DNA of 64,000 nucleotides from Veleropilina oligotropha (Eukaryota), in contig JBEUKZ010000060.1 in the NCBI GenBank assembly GCA_048128005.1, forward strand, positions 434,001 to 498,000, read 5' to 3'. This document shows positions 57,960 to 64,000 of the stretch, piece by piece. Numbering within the stretch: position 1 is the stretch's first letter; every line of letters begins with the position of its first letter. The notes below the pieces were generated by a model, which saw only the letters and a list, made by a program, of their open reading frames with translations, did not search any database and was not told the DNA's origin. The position numbers and the translations under genes are program-made.

Positions 57960-58533
57960 GTAAGCATTATAAATGTAATGGATAATACACTGCCACCCAG
58001 AGCTATATCAGGCATAACGCATCGGGCGACATTGAGAGGCATTATGTGGATATCGCCGATAGGTGTCAGAGTATTATCTGTCGTACATGCCATGAAAAAC
58101 TATTGTAAATGCAAACTGTAATCCCTTAAAACATGGAATTGCCCATGATATCATCCCAATGGGCCCATGGGCGCGATATGAAACAGTGGACTCTTCCATT
58201 CAAATTAGCTTGTCACCTTGTAAATTCCTTTGTTTAGACCCAAGTTAATCTCATTGTTTGGGCAATCACCTGGAAGAATGGAGCACCTTGCACTTAAATG
58301 TTGGAATATACAGGATATTAAGGATCGATCCTTTTCTTTCCTTTTCCTCAAATACAATAGCAAGGTCAGTGTTTGATCTGGGCACTTTTGGGGATCTATC
58401 GGTATTGAATGAAGATAGATCATTTAAGCTAGTGAATTGTTTATACCAGTAATTAATGATAAGTTGAATTTATTCGACCAGTGACAAGGCAAGAAGGGCC
58501 ACCAAATAAAATGAGCTTTTAATTGAATTTTAG

Positions 58534-58710
58534 GTGGAGATGATATTTCACGGAGTGAAGCAGGCATTTATAGATAACCTTCCTGCTATAAAATGGATGG
58601 ATTCCCAAACCAAAACCACGGCCAAGGCTAAAGCGGATGCCGTCGGAGAGAATATCGGATATCCCGATTGGATAAAGGATCCGGACAGACTGGACAAATA
58701 TTATGTGCCG
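58534..58710 (+). CDS. M13 metallopeptidase exon (VEMIF...WMDSQTK..AKAKA...IGYPD)
   Basis: WMDxxTKxxAxxK and IGYP motifs; tag/gtgagt boundaries. Confidence 0.95.
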
Positions 58711-59169
58711 GTGAGTGACATGGGATGAGACGTCGGTACATAATAGTGCACCTGGTATACCAGACCGCTTCGGTAGCTGAGTGATTTTGAGTGCCGACTT
58801 TAAATTCACTCGCTTGACTGCTCTGTCTAACAGACGTGCGATCGAACCTGTGTGTGTCAATGGCATTCAGTTTTCAGTTAAAACAGGACATCAAACATGG
58901 ATCTATACATGGTGTACGGCTGGTGATCTGAGGTCACCTGTCCGATACCAGCATACAGTGATTTGGGTTCACCTGTCCGACAACAGCATACACTGCGATC
59001 TGGTGTCACTTATCCCTTACCAGCAAACAGCGAGTGATTGGCCATCCAAATTAGGTCACTTGTCTGTTTTATAGCTCACACACATAGCAGTGCCAAGAGA
59101 AAGCAACACTCAATTAGAAATAGCAAAGTTTGTGTTCAGTTGCATATCAAAAATATCCATTAGAACGAT

Positions 59170-60111
59170 TTTTGGCCCGCCTTCTAACGGCAGGGCTATA
59201 GCCGTGTACTTTCGTCCGTCCGTCGTCCGTCGCCTGATGCTTTCTGTCACATAGAAGATGAACCGCTGGACTTACTCCTTTCATATTTGGTATACATCTG
59301 ATATACCATCAGGCCTAGCCCATGTTCAAAGATGGGGTCGCTGGGTCAAAGGTCAAGGTCATTTTCGTGTATTTCCGTTCTGGCACTTCGAAGATTGCTT
59401 TCTGTCACATATAAGATGAACCGCTGGACCTACAGCTTTCATCTTGGGTATGCACCTTGTATACCATCAGGCCTAGCCCAAGTTCAAAGATGGGGTCGCT
59501 GGGTCAAAGGTCAAGGTCATTTTCGTGTATTTCCGTTCTGGCACTTCGAAGATTGCTTTCTGTCACATATAAGATGAACCGCTGGACCTACAGCTTTCAT
59601 CCTGGGTATGCACCTTGTATACCATCAGGCCTAGCCCAAGTTCAAAGATGGGGTCGCTGGGTCAAAGGTCAAGGTCATTTTCGTGTATTTCCGTTCTGGC
59701 ACTTCGAAGATTGCTTTCTGTCACATAGAAGATGAACCGCTGGACCTACAGCTTTCATCTTGGGTATGCACCTTGTATACCATCAGGCCTAGCCCAAGTT
59801 CAAAGATGGGGTCGCTGGGTCAAAGGTCAAGGTCATTTTCGTGTATTTCCGTTCTGGCACTTCGAAGATTGCTTTCTGTCACATATAAGATGAACCGCTG
59901 GACCTACAGCTTTCATCTTGGGTATGCACCTTGTATACCATCAGGCCTAGCCCAAGTTCAAAGATGGGGTCGCTGGGTCAAAGTTCAAGGTCATTTTCGT
60001 GTATTTCCGTTCCAGATGGCACTTTGAAGATATAGAGTTATTGATTATTTTGCTCTCTATGGATTTATATATCCAAAAGGCGGGCCTGTATGAGGATCGT
60101 ACCTCTAGTTT
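59170..60111 (+). mobile_element. HINE-like element containing ~5 near-identical 158-bp tandem units
   Basis: Units start at 59239, 59397, 59555, 59713 and 59871; sub-terminal IRs ggcccgcctt / aaggcgggcc; 3' hairpin gaggatcgtacctc then tagttt. Confidence 0.85.
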
Positions 60112-60353
60112 ATAAAGTAAGTCTGCATGAGTCAAGTTTATAAGCACCATTTTGGAACATAGCACAAGTCATATTATTGGTATATTTGTGTGAAATATAT
60201 ACAAGTTTCCGAAAAATCCTTTATTGATTTGATGTTAAGTGCAAAAATGGCTGCCTCTTTTATATAATTATTTGACAGAGCATGCTCTAACTTTTCAGGC
60301 TGTATCAGAGGTCTATGAATTGTCGTTACTGACCCATGTTTATTTCTTTTCAG

Positions 60354-60457
60354 CTGACTATTTCGGACGACTCTTTCTTCCAAAACTTTCTTAATCTTCG
60401 AAGATTTTTTAAAAAGAAAAACCTCAGTAGAAGAGGCTATTCACCAGACAATTCAAT
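60354..60457 (+). CDS. M13 metallopeptidase exon (LTISDDSFFQNFL...PDNS)
   Basis: cag/gtaagt boundaries; phase 0 to 2. Confidence 0.9.
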
Positions 60458-60772
60458 GTAAGTTTTATTCATTATATCATGACCTTCTTATATTGAACTC
60501 CTCTTTGTGGCGTTTCTGATGGATAGTCTGCCAGACAAAGGACTCTGTGCTGCTAAGAATTCACATCTACGAAGTCCCATGAAAACAAAGATATTTGAAA
60601 ATCTATTGTTGAAACGATCAAATACACTGAGCCTGGTGATTTTCATCAGACATTCGTCCCAAGGCATACCAGGCAACTTTTTTCATTTTTAGCGAAATCG
60701 TTACGATTTTGAAACAGATATTTTACAAATTTGCAATATGCCATAATTAATTAAGTTACCATTCTGTTTCAG

Positions 60773-60883
60773 CTGGGACCTTGGCCCGAGTGAGGTCAAT
60801 GCGTACTACAGTCCAGCCCTAAACCGTATCGTCTTTCCAGCAGGAATCCTGCAGAAACCGTTCTATGATTCAACGTTTCCAAT
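60773..60883 (+). CDS. M13 metallopeptidase exon (WDLGPSEVNAYYSP..NRIVFPAGILQKPFY)
   Basis: VNAYY substrate-binding motif (the ECE-type variant) and FPAGILQ. Confidence 0.97.
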
Positions 60884-62415
60884 GTAAGTATTAACGTACT
60901 TGCTGCGTGTTGGTTGGTTTGTAATCAGACCTGTTCGCAACATAGCAATGACTGAACAGAGATGAATAAGATGCGATGTGTTAATTAAATTAGTTATGTT
61001 ATGTCTAATATTGCTCTGCTGCTGAATGTTGATACCCTAATCCCAGCCACAATTGAGGTGAAAACCCTATTATTTTCATTTCGTGAAATCGGCGATGCCT
61101 GACTGGTCAAAATGATGTCACGGGAAGATTGAGAAATACTCATCTCAAATTCGACGTTTTCGTATCAAACTACACGTCGTCTGCTAGACGTCGTTCGCTT
61201 CTGCGTGATATAATCAGGTGTTTTCAAGTATTTCTTTAAGATTCAAATATATACATGAATGTATATGACTAAACTATTCCTCAGCTTTTCAAATATCCAG
61301 GTTATTTTGTGCTTAAAATAACCCGTAAGGTGCAATATAACATGACGTCATTCATCGTTCAACATTGACAGGCATATAAAGTTAGATATTTTTTCAAATA
61401 AAATGAAAATAAAAATGTTACCCTGTGGCTTCTCGTTTGATACGTACGTTTATCCTGTTCGCTATAACAATATCACACTCGACTTCGTCTCATGTGATAT
61501 TTTCAAAGCTCACAGGATAAACGTACGTCTCAAACTCGCCACCCCAGGATAACGCTAAATCCCAGGGGGCTCTCCATTCAGATTTCCAAGGAATTGAATC
61601 CTCTAAAAACTTACCGGTAAAATAAAGTTGAATACAATTAGTATGACACGACAACCTCGGTGTATAATAAATAGTAAATATAGATTTACTTACTTTGAAA
61701 CAAAAAATTTCGAAACGATTACAATCCGTCTAGTGCAGACCTTGGTCACGATTTTTGTTTCAAAGTAATATAAGTAAAATTTTAATCAATGTTTACTATT
61801 TATTATCCATGTGATTCTTGAAACCATGAACAATTTATTCCATAACCTCGGTGTAGTGCAGAATAGGTTATAATACGGGGATGTCAGTGGTGTTGATTTT
61901 GCGAGATTTTAATAAAACTGTAAAGGGTGGCAGGAAAGATCAAATGGTGGTGTATGTGCCACCTTATACATTTAGATAGATAGAAATTGTACAGAATGAA
62001 TAGTACCATTGTCTGGTGCGCATTTTCAGTCTCCAGTGGCAAATGAGATCTTGAACAGTGTTTGTTCTTTAATGTTTAATCTCACTTGATGCGTAGCCAC
62101 GGGACAAGCAGAGTGCGTTTTATTCTCACCAATGCCATTTATTTATTATATTTGACTTCTGGTCCTTGTTTAAAATAGTCAATTTATGTTTTTGCTCAAT
62201 TTCTAATCTTTTCAATAATATAACTTTGTTAGGGGAGGTAACCATGGGACACGAGAGAATCATATTCAATGTCACCAACTTCATTTTTTTTAACTACTGA
62301 ACCTTGGTTGAAAAATATCAAGAACCTTTTGCCACACGATGACTGAACATATTTATTGATAACCACCATTGAATGAGACAGAACTGTGTTTTCATTTCTA
62401 CCAACTCCTGATCAT

Positions 62416-62598
62416 TTTTGTCTCGCCCCGAAGGGAAAGCGAGACTTAGGGATTGCATTTTCCGGCGGCGGCGGCGGCGGCGTCGTGTCATTTTCGGTTA
62501 AAGTTTTTTCGGTTAAAGTTTTTCATTGAATAGAATTTTCTGATACATTGATATATATATTTAAAGGGCGAGACATATCAGACCGTGGTTCTTGTTTA
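62416..62598 (+). repeat. Short HINE-like element with (GGC)n
   Basis: gtctcgccc / gggcgagac sub-terminal inverted repeats and a ggc microsatellite. Confidence 0.6.
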
Positions 62599-62766
62599 AG
62601 TTATAAGGTGTTTATATAATGTAATATTTTTGTTACTCTTTTTAAAAATGTCTATAGTATGTACTTAACAAGTCTATAGAACATTAGACATATAGAACAT
62701 TAGATATCTAAGAAATGCTTACAAAATATGTCTGATTTACAGTGTGGATTATTATTTTATTGGCAG

Positions 62767-62834
62767 GCCTATCAAATATGGATCCCTGGGCTTCATATTG
62801 GGACATGAGCTGACCCATGGGTTTGATAATGCAG
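62767..62834 (+). CDS. M13 metallopeptidase exon with the zinc-binding motif (YGSLGFILGHELTHGFD)
   Basis: HExxH in a GHELTHGFD context; cag/gtaatg boundaries. Confidence 0.97.
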
Positions 62835-63464
62835 GTAATGTACTGTAGTGAGCTGTGTATGTCTGTGATCTTTTACTATGCAGCTGTAAACCTTACTCCA
62901 TCCAAACATTACATCAAATAATAAATATGATACATCAAATCTTTTCTTTTCAGTATGATCTTTTCGTTGTGAACAAATTTTATATATGATTATTATTATA
63001 CCACTGTGTCATAAAACTTGGCGGATGACACCGTGTGTACCTGTGGCCAAGTTTTAAAAATGTTTACATTTAAAAAAGCAGGTATAAGATTTACATAGAC
63101 TATAATGTGTCAGGTCTTTGACTTCTAAATTATTATATATAAACTTGACCGACCCGATTATGACCTATAGTGTTGGCGTGGTCGTTAAACATCAAATCAA
63201 ATCAAATTGTCTTCTAAACTGTACTGTCAGCAACATTCAAATTTATAATAGAAACATTTTTAATTTGAAAGTAAATTTTAGTGATCAATGATTGATGAAT
63301 GGAAGTTTTTATCTAATTGAAATTTTTTGTTTTCTTTGACACAAACGTTTACTGTTTTGTTCTCTCTTCCATTGATGAAAATAAAATATGCCCGTATTGA
63401 CCAAAAAATGCAAATTGTCGAGCGGAGATATTTGTGCTGTGCTCACTTCGTTCTTGGTTTGTAG

Positions 63465-63589
63465 GTCGCCATTTTGATAAATATGGCAATTTGAAGAACT
63501 GGTGGAGTGCTTCGTCATCGAGCCAGTTTGACAAGAAGACACAGTGCCTTGTTGAGCAATACTCAAAGTTTAAAGTGGGAGACCAGCAT
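63465..63589 (+). CDS. M13 metallopeptidase exon (GRHFDKYGNLKNWW...TQCLVEQYS); gene continues beyond the window
   Basis: GRxFDxxGNLxxWW and CxxxQY motifs; tag/gtaagt boundaries. Confidence 0.96.
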
Positions 63590-64000
63590 GTAAGTCTGTT
63601 AGCTATTAGCCTCTCTGTAAGAATAGATAATACAGCCATGCAGATATCTGACATAACGACCTGAGCAGAAGCAAGGGTTGTTATGTAGATAGCACACAGC
63701 TGTGTCAGTGTATTATCTGGCATATATACCAAACAATCTATTGTAAATTTCAATGTGTCACTCCTTAATAGTATAATGAATATTAGATATCAGCCTTGAG
63801 CACTTTATGAGAAGTGGACTCTTCTATCATCATGAGTTTGCCACCATGTAATTAATTGGATTTGTCTGGGAGTTTTGTATTTTTAATATCAATTTCGCCT
63901 CGTGAATAGAAGCGCACGTGTTCGCTCATGCGTGTGTGTGTGTATTTAAAATTGTATGCATGTATGTATGTTTGCATGCATGTTTATGTATATATATACA

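Noticed and set aside
59239..60012. CRISPR array or repetitive protein (ORFs 59332-60027)
   Set aside because: Contiguous identical units with no unique spacers; intronic eukaryotic context; stops in every unit.

Overview
AT-rich eukaryotic genomic DNA. The repeat content suggests a mollusc or other lophotrochozoan (inference). One host gene spans the window on the + strand: a type II membrane M13 zinc metallopeptidase (neprilysin/endothelin-converting-enzyme-like). I traced 14 phase-consistent GT-AG coding exons from 5249 to 63589, including the TM helix, CxxxxC..DPC..FY.Y.CGGW, VNAYY and HELTH; the gene runs off the right edge. Three full-length (~7.4 kb) DIRS1-type tyrosine-recombinase retrotransposons sit in its introns. 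Two near-identical family-A copies are in opposite orientation (9655-17056 minus, 34883-42282 plus), and one diverged family-B copy lies at 48256-55715 plus. Each has gag, RT-RNaseH-methyltransferase-like pol, YR, inverted terminal repeats (ITRs) and an internal complementary region (ICR), and all three are bounded by an ATAT crossover core. Comparing the two families by eye gives the most interesting signals: (1) a ~300-nt covarying, multi-stem non-coding RNA structure between YR and the ICR; (2) a highly conserved CCC-UAG-G site at the gag end that could drive both +1 frameshifting into pol and readthrough into the YR frame; (3) conserved terminal U1-complementary motifs and a covarying terminal hairpin. 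The rest is Tc1 relics, piggyBac- and hAT-like non-autonomous elements, tRNA-derived SINEs and Helentron/HINE-like elements carrying tandem repeats. All alignments and folds were done by eye.
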